Notes under the pieces: generated by a model
The model's input: the letters and a program-made list of their open reading frames with translations, nothing else
The model's database searches: none
What the model was told of the DNA's origin: nothing
Shown here: positions 14,844 through 27,087 of the stretch, piece by piece
Layout of the letters: each line of letters begins with the position of its first letter
Numbering within the stretch: position 1 is the first letter of the stretch
From: Eledone cirrhosa
Lineage: Eukaryota
NCBI GenBank assembly: GCA_964016885.1
Contig: OZ024743.1
Coordinates: 83,886,001-83,950,000, forward strand
Reading direction: 5' to 3'
DNA length: 64,000 bases
Translations under genes and position numbers: made by a program

Positions 14844-15010
14844 AATGAGATTTTTAATATATCTCATATAAAATAATACAGCCGATTATCCACACAATAC
14901 AATATAGTTAGCACCCCAAACGTTTAATTGGGAATATACTCCGGTATTTCCTGTTGAGGGAGTTGGAAATTGGTCGGAGTATCGCTAATAGCTTTCTCCG
15001 TTTATGTATT

Positions 15011-15042
<32 letters not shown>

Positions 15043-15045
<3 letters not shown>

Positions 15046-16402
15046 GTGGAACACTGGAAGGTAATATCTGTAGTGGTAGAGCACTCAGTCCATGGGACGA
15101 GTTAGGTAGAAGTGGTTACACAACAGTTAGTTCACCATACGGAGAACAATTGTTTCACCTTAGCGGATCCTCAGCTCGGAATACGCATGGTTATAGGAGC
15201 AGGAAGGGCAACCGTACGAACGCGCATGCGCAGAAACCCGGTCACTTCACACAGGCAATACTAGACTGCGTGCGAGAGATGTAAGGGAGATAACTGCGAA
15301 AGTCCGAAAAATGTTTAGGTTGAAAATAAAATTACAATCAGTCCGGAGCCTTGTAGTTATCAGTACTAGAATCTCAAACCTCTCCTCTAATAAGGCTATC
15401 TTTGACAGGACGGCACTCTACTATAACACGACGCTGGATAACAGCGGCTTCTCGCAACCTATCACTTACTCTCCCACTAGCAACAACACCATTAAGAAAA
15501 GTAAGCGCAACAATAGACAAACTATCTGGTTCTCTCCTCCCTTCTCACTCAACGTTAAAACCAATGTACGAAAAAAATTTCTAGCCCGCTTAGATAGACA
15601 CTTTCCCATAGGTCGTAAATACCGCTCCATCTTTAACCGACACAAAGTTAAACTAGGATACTCCTGCGCTAAGGACATGAAGGGCCACATCACCAGCAGC
15701 CCTAGGAGCAATACCCCACCACGGTGCTCTTGCCGTAAGCCTGAAGCTTGCTCCCTTCAACAGCAATGCAACACAGCAGCTGTAATTTATGAAGCTGTGG
15801 TCACTTCCAACCGACCAAACGAACCACAGGAGGTCAAATCTTATGTGGGCATGGCGGAGGGCCGATTTAATGAACGTTTCCTGAACCACCAATCTACCTT
15901 CAGGTACTCGGACAGACGTTCATCCACGAAACTCGCGAGCCACGTATGGTCCCTCAAGGACTCAAGTATAGACTACTCCATTCAATGGAAAGCCATCACT
16001 AAGTCCAAGCCATACGCAAAGGGAAATCCGACGTGTGGCTTATGTATTGACGAACGAATAACTATTCTAAAGAGATTACGCAATAGTGATTGCCTAAACA
16101 CGAGAAATGAATTTTTCACACGTTGTCCACACGTCGCCAAACACCTATTGCATAACTAAAAGGCTCCGGACTGATTGTAATTTTATTTTCAACCTAAAAA
16201 GTTTTCGGCGGACTTTCGCAGTTATCTCCCTTACACCTCTCGCACGCAGTCTAGTATTGCCTGTGTGAAGTGACCGGGTTTCTGCGCATGCGCGTTCGTA
16301 CGGTTGTCCTTCCTGTTCCTATAACCATGCCCATTCCGAGCTGAGGATCCGCTAAGGTGAATCAATTGTTCTCGTTATGGTGAACTAACTGTTGTGTAAC
16401 CA

Positions 16403-16405
<3 letters not shown>
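15043..16405 (+). mobile_element. 5'-truncated Penelope-like element (Nematis-like) with inverted pLTRs
   Basis: ~243-bp IR at 15110-15352 / 16160-16405, with a tail at 15043-15109. HHR CTGAGGA..GAA(A/T)CAATTGTT in both arms. (TA)n on both sides. Confidence 0.9.
15353..16159 (+). CDS. PLE C-terminal fragment: post-RT region + GIY-YIG endonuclease
   Basis: RISNLSSN, IWFSPPFS, CSCR....C, VIYEAVV...SYVGMAEGRFNERFLNH, CGLCIDE and LNTRNEFFTRCPH. The first ~14 aa of the listed ORF come from the inverted pLTR. Confidence 0.85.
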   Translation, partial: VVISTRISNLSSNKAIFDRTALYYNTTLDNSGFSQPITYSPTSNNTIKKSKRNNRQTIWFSPPFSLNVKTNVRKKFLARLDRHFPIGRKYRSIFNRHKVKLGYSCAKDMKGHITSSPRSNTPPRCSCRKPEACSLQQQCNTAAVIYEAVVTSNRPNEPQEVKSYVGMAEGRFNERFLNHQSTFRYSDRRSSTKLASHVWSLKDSSIDYSIQWKAITKSKPYAKGNPTCGLCIDERITILKRLRNSDCLNTRNEFFTRCPHVAKHLLHN

Positions 16406-16473
<68 letters not shown>

Positions 16474-16479
<6 letters not shown>

Positions 16480-16582
16480 AAGTTAAATAAAAGTCAAATG
16501 ATTAAAATTTAGCTTCGTTTATTACTGCTATATATATTTCAGTGACAGCCATCTTTGGCTGTGACCTCTTCAGGCAGTTTAT
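16474..16582 (-). ncRNA. Solitary ~110-bp PLE-type 3' end consisting of an HHR + AATAAA
   Basis: ACTGC-CTGAAGA-GGTCACAGCCA(AAGA)TGGCTGTCACT-GAAATATATATA-GCAGT-AATAAA between (TA)n tracts. Confidence 0.8.
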
Positions 16583-16596
16583 ATATATATATCAGG

Positions 16597-16743
<147 letters not shown>

Positions 16744-16957
16744 TATATTTATATATATATACAAATTTAAGCTATCAAAACATTTCAATTATGTCTGATA
16801 TTTGTCCTTCTCAAAAGAAAAGCTCTTTAAGTACTTTAGACACATATTTTTCCTTGATATATGTGCTTTGTGTATATACAGAATACACTGTTCTCGTAAG
16901 ATATATGGTCCTTTCTCTCTCTCTATATATATATATATATCTAAAACTATTAATTTG

Positions 16958-17016
<59 letters not shown>

Positions 17017-17026
17017 TATTAATTTG

Positions 17027-17075
<49 letters not shown>

Positions 17076-17121
17076 TCCCTTTTTCGGATTATATTACTGT
17101 GAGAGCCCTGGTTTCTGTTGA

Positions 17122-17202
17122 GCTCTGCTGATGAATGAAATCCAACCGTGACCATCTCCACTGAAAGTTTTCATGAAATAGTCTTTTAAGACTATACAGA
17201 GC
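17122..17202 (+). ncRNA. Canonical type I hammerhead ribozyme
   Basis: GCTCTG-CTGATGA-ATGAAA...TTTCAT-GAA-ATAGTCTT(TT)AAGACTAT-A-CAGAGC. All three stems pair, with predicted cleavage after 17196. Confidence 0.85.
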
Positions 17203-17452
17203 ATTTGATGTTATTCCAAATTGGAGGATAAGTGTTTCAAACTTTATTTTATCATGAGTTAAAGGTCTATAGATTTTTCCCTGGATTTTACTAAATTCTG
17301 TGGATGAATTTATATCCTGATTCTCTTTTGAGATGAGTTTGAGTTATTTTTCCTAAATCTTTCGTTAACTACTTTTCCCATCTTGACGTTATAGTCGCAT
17401 ATATGTTATAGAATGCCGTTAGCTTCTTGCTAAAACAATCTCTATACCTCTC

Positions 17453-17616
<164 letters not shown>

Positions 17617-17819
17617 ATGTTCTCTTAGCCTGATATGGTAAATTAATAAAATAAATCGTCTAATCTTTACGGTGAAACTGCAGTTGGGACCAAAAAGTAT
17701 TTAAGTTAATTTTTATCCTAATTACTTTATCTATTGATGAGTTTATAATGGTCTGACTAATGGATTAATTATTTAGGTAATTCATTGAGCAAACATTGTA
17801 ATTGACGGATAACTATATA

Positions 17820-17881
<62 letters not shown>

Positions 17882-17942
17882 TACACATATATATATATAA
17901 ATATACACATATATATAAATATACACATATATATACACATAT

Positions 17943-17973
<31 letters not shown>

Positions 17974-17974
17974 C

Positions 17975-18089
<115 letters not shown>

Positions 18090-18129
18090 GAGAGAGAGAG
18101 AGATAAATATAAATATATATATATATATT

Positions 18130-18293
18130 TAGGAACGAGTAGGACCCCGACGGCTTAGTCCAGAATTAGCCGTCGAAACGGCTTGAGCTCAGCCGTCGGG
18201 GTCCTACTCGTTCCTATTACCCACTCTACTACCCTAAGTATTGAGTACTTTGGTGCGTTATGGTTCACTTGGTTCCTTACCACATTTCCTTCG

Positions 18294-18349
<56 letters not shown>

Positions 18350-18534
18350 AAGGAATTGTGGTAAGGAACCAGATGGACCATAACGCACCAGAGTACTCAA
18401 TACTTAGAGTAGTAGAGTGGGAAATAGGAAAAAGTATGACGCCGACGGCAGAGCTCAAGCCGTTTCGACGGCTATTTCCAGAAATAGCCGTCGAAACGGC
18501 TTGAGCTCTGCCGTCGGGGTCATACTTTTTCCTA
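18130..18534. mobile_element. Two tail-to-tail fold-back elements carrying the HHR 3' half
   Basis: 18130-18295(+) and 18345-18534(-) are homologous. Each has a fold-back end and GAAACGGC..GCCGTC (stem III + GUC). Confidence 0.7.
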
Positions 18535-18592
18535 TATATATATATTTATATATATACACACGCACATGTCGTGTGTCTGTGTGTGTATGTGT

Positions 18593-18633
<41 letters not shown>

Positions 18634-18821
18634 GTGCGAAGACGCGTGGCTTAGTGGTTATACCATTAATGTTATGATGTTTACCAATGGTGAAAACTGG
18701 TAATTCCGGTTAGTAAACGATGATGCAATATATTAAAGCACTCAACCCTATACAAAATAATCCATCGTAGATGTGGCATCCCTTGGCTGAACATATATAT
18801 ATATATTTATATATATATATA

Positions 18822-19500
18822 TCTTGGTTGTCCATCGTAAACGATGATGACATCTTCTTCATTGTTGTTTCCGTCTGCCGTGAGCGCGAAGGTGGCTGTG
18901 GAGGCCGATCCTTGACTTGCCGGTCCGGGGACAGTGGGAGCAGGGGAAGAGACCGGAGTCGCTTGGGGAAACTGCTGATGACACCTGTTACCTCCGCCTC
19001 TCGCCTATCGCCGCAGGGCTTTGGGAGTGCACGCTAAAGAAGAAACCTGTGCGGGTAAGGTTTATAGTGGGAGGACCAGGGTACAGTGACGGTCCCACTC
19101 ACTCGGCCGCAGAAGCCGGAATCCGGTGGTACGGAGGACCGTCATGGCCAGGGACTTCCTTGGCTGCAGTGGATTTCCACGACATCTGTAGTGCCTTGCT
19201 GTGCCCTAGCGCTCCACACCGCTTGCTGTCGCCGCCTTCGTGACCGTTGGGACGATGTTGTCCTCCTCCACTCATTCCGCCGGGTCCAGTCTTCGCATGC
19301 AGGCGTAGGCATCCCCTATCTAACTCACCAGGGGGTTTCAGACCCGTCCGGCTACCCTCAAACTTATTCGGCCCGCCAGCCAAAGCGGTTTACCGGGGTG
19401 TGGCCGCTGTCGCATGCTAGAGCTTCTTAGGGCCACATGTGAGAGCTGAGTGTCAGGTGGGACCCAATGCAGGACGAGCTGCCCTGAAAAGGGCATGGCT
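18822..19500 (-). mobile_element. Bipartite non-autonomous RTE element (5' UTR + last codons + 3' UTR)
   Basis: Minus strand ~18922-18860 encodes GKSRIGLHSHLRAHGRRKQQ*, the RTE C-terminal zinc-finger end. It is preceded by a GC-rich RTE-type 5' UTR and has no RT. Confidence 0.75.
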
Positions 19501-19640
19501 ATATACATACATGCACGCATACAAACATGCACACATGCAAACATACATATACACATACATACATACATGCATAAATACATACATTCATACATATTATAAT
19601 AGAATATAAATATTTTAATATAAATATAATAGAATATAAA

Positions 19641-20189
19641 TATTTTGAGTTCCTAACTCAATATATACCTTTGATATATTCGGCTCCGTTAATTTGTTGA
19701 GCTATTTCAAATGTCGAATAAACCTGGATGCTATTTTTAGTGGCGTAAGTTTGTGAGACACGCTAAGATTCCATGTACGCTAGTGTGTATGGCACACTAT
19801 TCAATTCCTTAATATACTTAGAAGTGTCTAGGATACTAATTCATCACCCACTGATGAGCTTGGATTGGTAATTCTATTCACAATTAACTTTGCGAAACAA
19901 CAAGTTGTCTGGGTGATTGGTAGTTACCACAATTCCGGTTTGTATTTATTTTCTTGATTTTTTTCTTAAATTGAGACAAGCGAACCCAATTGTCTATAGT
20001 TAGTATTCTTTTTACCATAGCGAATCTGGTCAATTACGATTTGAACACATATATGTATATATCTGTGTTCGTTTTTCTTTTATATTATTCAATTATAATA
20101 TACGGCTCGGAAATAGCTCTTTCTTAGAGCTATTTTGTTGTAAGAGACTATTTTGAATTCCTAACTCAATATATACCTTTGATACATTC
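19641..20189 (+). mobile_element. Retrozyme-like unit (508-bp period, ~41-bp terminal direct repeat) with HHR
   Basis: DR at 19641-19681 / 20149-20189. HHR at 19843-19917: ATCACCCA-CTGATGA-GC..GC-GAAACAACAAGTTGTC-TGGGTGAT. Confidence 0.8.
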
Positions 20190-20217
20190 ATACATACAAA
20201 CTTACATACTTACATAC

Positions 20218-20248
<31 letters not shown>

Positions 20249-20270
20249 CATACATACATACATACATACA

Positions 20271-20880
20271 TGGTGGCTGCCAACTCGTTTTCGAGTACGG
20301 CCACTACTTTATATCCATGTAGGAGGACCCCTACCGATGCGCTGAACGAGTGTGACTTTTCAGTCCGGCCAGCGACTTGAAAACTTTGGTACAAACACTA
20401 CACATGTGACAATTATTGACACATAGTGCTGGGCCCATGGTACCATGTGACGACAAGTGCAGAGAGATCTCCAGATATAAAGCAATGCCTGTGCCGTGAA
20501 GTTTTTATAGTGAGCAAAGGCACTGCACAAAGCCAGTCCCACTCTCTTAACCAAGATGATATTTACCAAAAAGAAGAACAAGTCAACATCATTGGATATC
20601 ATCAGGGTTGCAGGTGTTATATCAGAGTTTTCCTTCTCCTAGAATTCTGCCTTGACAAAGGCTAAGGGGTCATCTCTCCCGGTGATTTTGGATGGCCATT
20701 GACTCTTAAGAGCTCCTTTGCCCTTTGACAGGTTTTGTTTTTAGTCCTGCAGGATGTCCAAAGTCACCCTCCTCACCAAGAAACCTTGGTGGGGTTGCCA
20801 GTTTAGTCGCCAACGACCCGACCATGGGACAGGTTGTACTGGGATACATGTTACCAGTAGCACCAAACTGGTGACCTGAC
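20271..20880 (+). mobile_element. ~610-bp R4-derived non-autonomous element
   Basis: Runs TGGTGGCTGCC...GTGACCTGAC within (ATAC)n. Near-identical to 26117 and 38534. Confidence 0.85.
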
Positions 20881-20965
20881 ATACATACATACATACATAC
20901 ATACATACATACATACATACATACATACATACATACATACATACATACATACATACATACATACA

Positions 20966-23900
20966 TTACATACAATAATTCTACATAAGTGTTTGAACTG
21001 TAAGTGTGTTGTAAAATACCTATTTATATGAACGATACATACACTTATGATATATGAACGATACATACACTTTAACATATAAATGCAACGTTGTTATATT
21101 ACATTTATAAAGAAATATACAAGTAACGTTTTCGATTCAGAAACAAAAATATAAGTGTTTGAACTGTGAATATGTTGTGAATAGGTTGTAGAACACCTAT
21201 TTATATGAATGATACATAAACTTTAACATATAAATACAGCGTTGTTATATTATATTACATTCATAAAGGAATATACTAAGTAACGGTTCTTTTTGTTCTC
21301 GATTCAAACGATTCAAGAGCAACGTTTAAAACAGAGTTGTAGAATTAAAAACTAACTGAAAAGAAATATTACTCAAGCTGTGAATAACTTTAAATTTGAT
21401 TCTGACAGAACTTTGTCGTAACTTTTAAAGAAGATCATCGACTATTTTGAAAAATAAATACGAAATATTAGTGAATAGACGAACTCATCATGGCAAAAAG
21501 TACAAGTCTCCTTCGACCAAATCGCAATTACAACCGTTGTACACAGTGGAGCTACGAGCTTAAGAAAGTATTATATGAAGCATACAAACAATCTGAACAC
21601 CAAAAGTTCGGTTTTATGCAAAGGCTAAAAACTTTATGGAACTTCAAACACCCAGAATTAGACTTTTCTCCAAAGCATTTAAATGAACAGGCAAAACGTA
21701 TCATTAGATGTAAATTGATACATCTAACGGAATCGAGTGATACTGCAAATACAGCCCTTGTAGACAACCACCCCACCTCCACTGACAGACAAAGAGAATG
21801 GCCAGCTAAATCTAACAGTGAACAGCTCACCAACAATTTTGCTGAAATCCATCCCACTTCCACTGAAGAACAGCGAGAAAGGTCAGCTGACTCTAGTAGT
21901 AATTGTCACCACATCAACAACGAGGCTGAAATTCATGACTCTACTGTACAAACAGAACACCAAAAACTTGTGGGCTCCCTACAAGTGATATGGAACGATA
22001 TGTTTCAAGAGATACACAGCCTTAATGTGAGTGACAGACCATACAACACTAGAGTCAGTAAAGAACCCACTAAATTGGAATTGGAAGCGGTGAACGAAAT
22101 AGCTGGCAATTATCTGAAGGCTATACGATCTAAAGGTGTAGAAACGACATTTGAAACGCTTAATGTTTTGTTATATGTTTCAGCTGTTACATTGCTATCA
22201 TATAACACACATCTAAAACCACGCAATCAAGATACAAACAGAAAGCCTGAACCAGCGTGGATGCGAAATTTAAAAAGCAAAATTTTGTCCCTGAGACGAA
22301 GTATCTCACACATCGCAGTCGTTATGAAATGCAACATAGAGAGCAACTTCACACGACACCAGGAAGACGTTAAAAAAAGTTAGAGAGAAGATTTGGAGAT
22401 ACAAAATTTAAAACTTTGAACTCCAAATTACACCAGTTGAAACAACAACTCACAGCTACAACAGAAAGACTAAAATATAAGTCAACAGCACATAAACGAC
22501 AAGTTTTAAATAGATTGTTTGCCAGAGATCCTAAATCAGTTTATCGCAGCTTCGGTGGCAAAAGCTCAATCTCTGTAAATGACACCCCTTCAAAAGAACA
22601 GGTTGAGAGCTACTGGAGATCTGTATGGGAAACGGATGACGGATTCAACAGACAAGCTAATTGGCTAAAAGAACTGGAACAGGACTACTGCCAACATGTC
22701 CAGACAAAACAATATGACATAGATGGGTCAATACTGGAAACAGCTCTACAGAAAATGTCGAATAGGAAATCGCCAGGCCCAGACCTCATTACAGGATACT
22801 GGTTGAAGAATTTCACTTTCTATCGGCAAGATCTCATACGGCTGTTTACAGAAACCATTAAGGGCACACAAGAACTGCCCAGATGGTTATCAACTGCCTC
22901 TACTCTCCTCATTCCCCAAAATAGCCAAACCGCCCTTGCTAAAAATTACCGTCCAATTGCCTGCCAAAACATCATGTATAAATTATATACTGGGTGCCTT
23001 AACCTGTTCTTACAGGATCACTGTGCTACCAACAACATCATAACACCTGAGCAAGCTGGTGGAAAGAGGGAGGTGTGGGGTTGCATAGATCACCTACTAA
23101 CTAACAAAATGATTCAGGAAAAAACAACAAAGAATCGCAGAAACATGACTGTCGTGTGGCTGGACTATCAAAAAGCATTTGATAGTGTACCTCATGGGTG
23201 GATTGTTAAGGCTTTACAGTTAGCTAAAGTCCCACAACCATTGGTAGCTGCTGTTGAACGCCTGACCAAGAACTGGTACACCAGTTTGATCCTTAGAGGT
23301 GAGAAGGAGCAGGTTAAGACTGATAAGATACATTACCAGAAGGGCATCTTTCAGGGTGATAGCTTGTCAGTGCTACTCTTCGTTCTCTCACTGAATCCAC
23401 TATCTTACCTACTCAGCAAACAAGGTGGACAAAGAAGTGGGACCAGAAGTATCTCCCATCTTTTCTTTGTTGATGACCTTAAGTTGTATGGGCCAAATAT
23501 CAATGACATCAAGAAACAATTGGACCTCAGTACACAATTTTCAACCGACATCAAAATGAAATTTGGTGAGTCCAAGTGTGCATATTTGGCAGTAAAACGT
23601 GGAAGAGCTGTGCCCTCCTCTAGAAATCTAGAGATGAACGGCCTGACAATACAACCTCTGCAGTCAGGTGACAACTACAGATATCTTGGACAGGATGAGA
23701 ATGTCAGATATGATGGACCCATAAATAAGGAGAGAACCAGAACTGAATACCTCAGAAGAGTAAAGAAAATATGGTCATCAGAACTGTCAGCATACAACAA
23801 ATACATTGCCCACAATACTTATGCTGTGCCAATTCTAACGCCAACATTTGGCCTACTGAACTGGTCATTGCAAGAACTAAGTGAGATGGATGTTAGAACT

Positions 23901-25081
23901 CGAAAACTTCTCAGTGTTACTGGGAACTTTAACATCAATGGTGATGTGGATAGGCTATACTTCTCACGCAAGGAAGGTGACCGGGGTCTAAAATCAATAT
24001 TAACAACATATGAGACCCGGATAGTGACACTGAAGCAACACCTTCAACAGAGGAAAAAGGTTGGCAACCATCTTGCCCAGGTTTATGACCATGAAAAAAG
24101 AAATATCATTAGAATAGCGACTGATCTGGAGGAGAGATATGGAATAAAGCCTGATATAAATCTCTCACCCAGAGAAATCGGAAGATCCTATTCAATGTTC
24201 AAACAAGATAAAAAAATTGACCAATTTACAGAAAAAGTTGTGCATGGATACTTGAGGCGTAAAACACAGACCATAGAGGGGATAAACCACTCAAAAAGCC
24301 TGGCATGGAACTCCGACAAGTTTATGACATCACACCTTGAGGGATATCTCTATGCAATACAGGAACAAGAACTCCCTACCAAATATCTGCTGCACAAAAG
24401 AGGAGGGCCAGCAGCTGACAATAAATGTAGGCTATGTAAAACAAAGATCGAGGATGTAAGCCACATTGTTGCCAGCTGCGAAAGAATGTCATCTCGCTAC
24501 TACCTCCCCATGAGACACGATGGGATAGCTAGAACCATCTGGAACGCACTTCGGAAAACAAAATTAACAACAAACGAGGAAGAATATATTGAGACAGATG
24601 GCACTAAGGAATACTGGGAAAACCTGAAAATAAAAACTGCCACCAAATTAAAGCACAACCGGCCTGATATTGTAGTTTGGGACCACACATTGAAAACGTG
24701 TTCTGTTGTGGAGATCAGCTGCCCACTTGATGTAAACGTTGTCAGAAAAATACAGGAGAAGGAGGACATCTACGGACCATTGATGAGGAGTTTACAAATC
24801 CAGTATCCAAGATACACCTTTAGCTTCATACCCATCATTATTGGTGCTACGGGTTATATACCAACCCGCTTGGACCAAAGTATGACTGAACTTGGATTTG
24901 CGGACAAAAAGCGCAGCTCCCTAATTCATAGTCTACAAATGGCTGCGATAGCTGGCACCTTCAAAATTTGCAAAACATTCTTGCGATTCAAGGGATGACA
25001 ATTTCTTTTCTTTTACAACCTTGCCACCAGGAAGGTGGCCGGTCAAAAAAATATACTCGAAATTAAGAGAAAGAGAAAACA
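20966..25081 (+). mobile_element. Apparently full-length Dong/R4-clade non-LTR retrotransposon
   Basis: Bounded by (ATAC)n on both sides. The 5' UTR has a ~165-bp tandem duplication, followed by a single RT-CCHC-REL ORF with one frameshift. Confidence 0.9.
21490..24998 (+). CDS. R4/Dong polyprotein (RT, CCHC zinc finger, restriction-like endonuclease), split by a 1-bp frameshift at A7 22372-22378
   Basis: KSPGPD, NYRPIAC, WLDYQKAFDSVPH, GIFQGDSLS, HLFFVDDLKLY, CRLC..EDVSHIVASC, RHD and RPDIVV..E..KEDIY. Adding one A joins ORF 21490-22383 to ORF 22416-24998 (~1169 aa). Confidence 0.9.
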
Positions 25082-25306
25082 TACATACATACATACATAC
25101 ATACATACATACATACATTTTTCTTCTCACGACCTTTCTTGGGTTAACCTGCACTTAGCTCTATGTTGTTCATGCAGAGGGCACTTTTCGAAAATGTTCC
25201 AACGTTTCACATGTGTTTGGGTGTGTAGGGGAATATATATATGGGATTGTTAATGCGTGTGTCTGAATGTGCTTGTGTATATATATATATACATATATAC
25301 AAATAT

Positions 25307-25386
<80 letters not shown>

Positions 25387-25481
25387 ATATATATATATGA
25401 ATATATATATGTATGTTTATATAATGTTTTATATTTACATGTGTGTATATATATGTGTGTGTGTGTGTGTCTTGTCTGTGT

Positions 25482-25525
<44 letters not shown>

Positions 25526-26116
25526 ATATAATATAATATAATATAATATAATATAATATAATATAATATAATATAATATAATATATATGTATATGTGTTT
25601 ATATATTTTTTATATTTATATTTATATACAAATCTAAATATGCACACATGCTTCTTCTGTTTATGTGAACGTTCGAATGTTTGTTTGAGTAAGTGCACGT
25701 GGGTGTGTATGTGCGTATGTGCTTGTGAATATACTTGTAAATGCCTGTGTGCATGTATGTATATATGTGTAAATGCGTGTATGTATATGTGTGTAAATGT
25801 ATGTATATGTGTGTAAATAAATGTGTATATATGTGTATATGCTAGTGTGTCTGTGTATGCATGTGTGTATGTGAGTGTGTATGTATGCATGTGTGTGTGT
25901 GTGTATGTGTATGTATGCATGTGTGTGTATCTTGGCATTTCTTTTGCTGCCATAACTCCCAAGACACACAGTCTTTGTTTTCTTGGCATCTGCACGTAGA
26001 GGAGGGTAAGAAGTGAACAACATACACACACTCACACACACACACACATGCACACATACATACATACATACATACATACATACATACATACATACATACA
26101 TACATACATACATACA

Positions 26117-26725
26117 TGGTGGCTGCCAACTCGTTTTCGAGTACGGCCACTACTTTATATCCATATAGGAGAACCCCTACCGATGCGCTGAACAAGTGTG
26201 ACTTTTTAGTCCAGCCAGCGACTTGAAAACTCTGGTACAAAGGCTACACTTGTGACCATTATTGACACATAGTGCAGGGCCCATGGTACCATGTGATGAC
26301 AAGTGCAGAGAGATCTCCAGATATAAAGCAATGCCTGTGCTGTGAAGCTTTTATAGTGAGCAAAGGCACTGCACAAAGCCAGTCCCACTCTCTTAACCAA
26401 GATGATATTTACCAAAAAGAAGAACAAGTCAACATCATTGGATACCATCAGGGTTGCAGGTGTTACATCAGAGTTTTCCTTCTCCTAGAATTCTGCCTTG
26501 ACAAAGGCTAAGGGGTCATCTCTCCCGGTGATTTTGGATGGCTATTGACTCTTAAGAGCTCCGTTGCCCTTTGACAGGTTTTGTTTTTAGTCCTGCAGGA
26601 TGTCCAAAGTCACCCTCCTCACCAAGAAACCTTGGTGGGGTTGCCAGTTTAGTCGCCAACGACCCGACCATGAGACAGGTTGTACTGGGATACATGTTAC
26701 CAGTAGCACCAACTGGTGACCTGAC
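26117..26725 (+). mobile_element. ~610-bp R4-derived non-autonomous element
   Basis: Same ends as the 20271 copy, with (ATAC)n flanks. Confidence 0.85.
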
Positions 26726-27087
26726 ATACATACATACATACATACATACATACATACATACATACATACATACATACATACATACATACATACATACATA
26801 CACTGCACGTACGCACACCACACACTCAAACACACACAACACAAACACATACATACATACATATAGATATATATATGTATGTGTGTGTGCATAAGTGCGT
26901 ATATATATATATTTATTTACTAATTTACATGTATATATATACATTTATATAGATAAATCTACCAAGAGTTTACGGTAGTGTCCAATCCGTATGAAGAACT
27001 CAATGTAATCCGGATATCATGGAAAGAAGAGATGCATTCAAAAATCACTTTCGGTGAAAGATAAACGGAATACAGAGTCAAGATAAA

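Noticed and set aside
22368-22383. Programmed -1 frameshift in the R4 element
   Set aside because: The in-frame heptamer is not a good slippery site and R4 elements have one ORF, so a homopolymer indel is more likely.
20271-26725. LTR retrotransposon formed by two 610-bp direct repeats flanking an RT
   Set aside because: The RT is non-LTR type with REL, there is no integrase, PBS or TG..CA, the repeats are separated from it by microsatellites and they also occur elsewhere.
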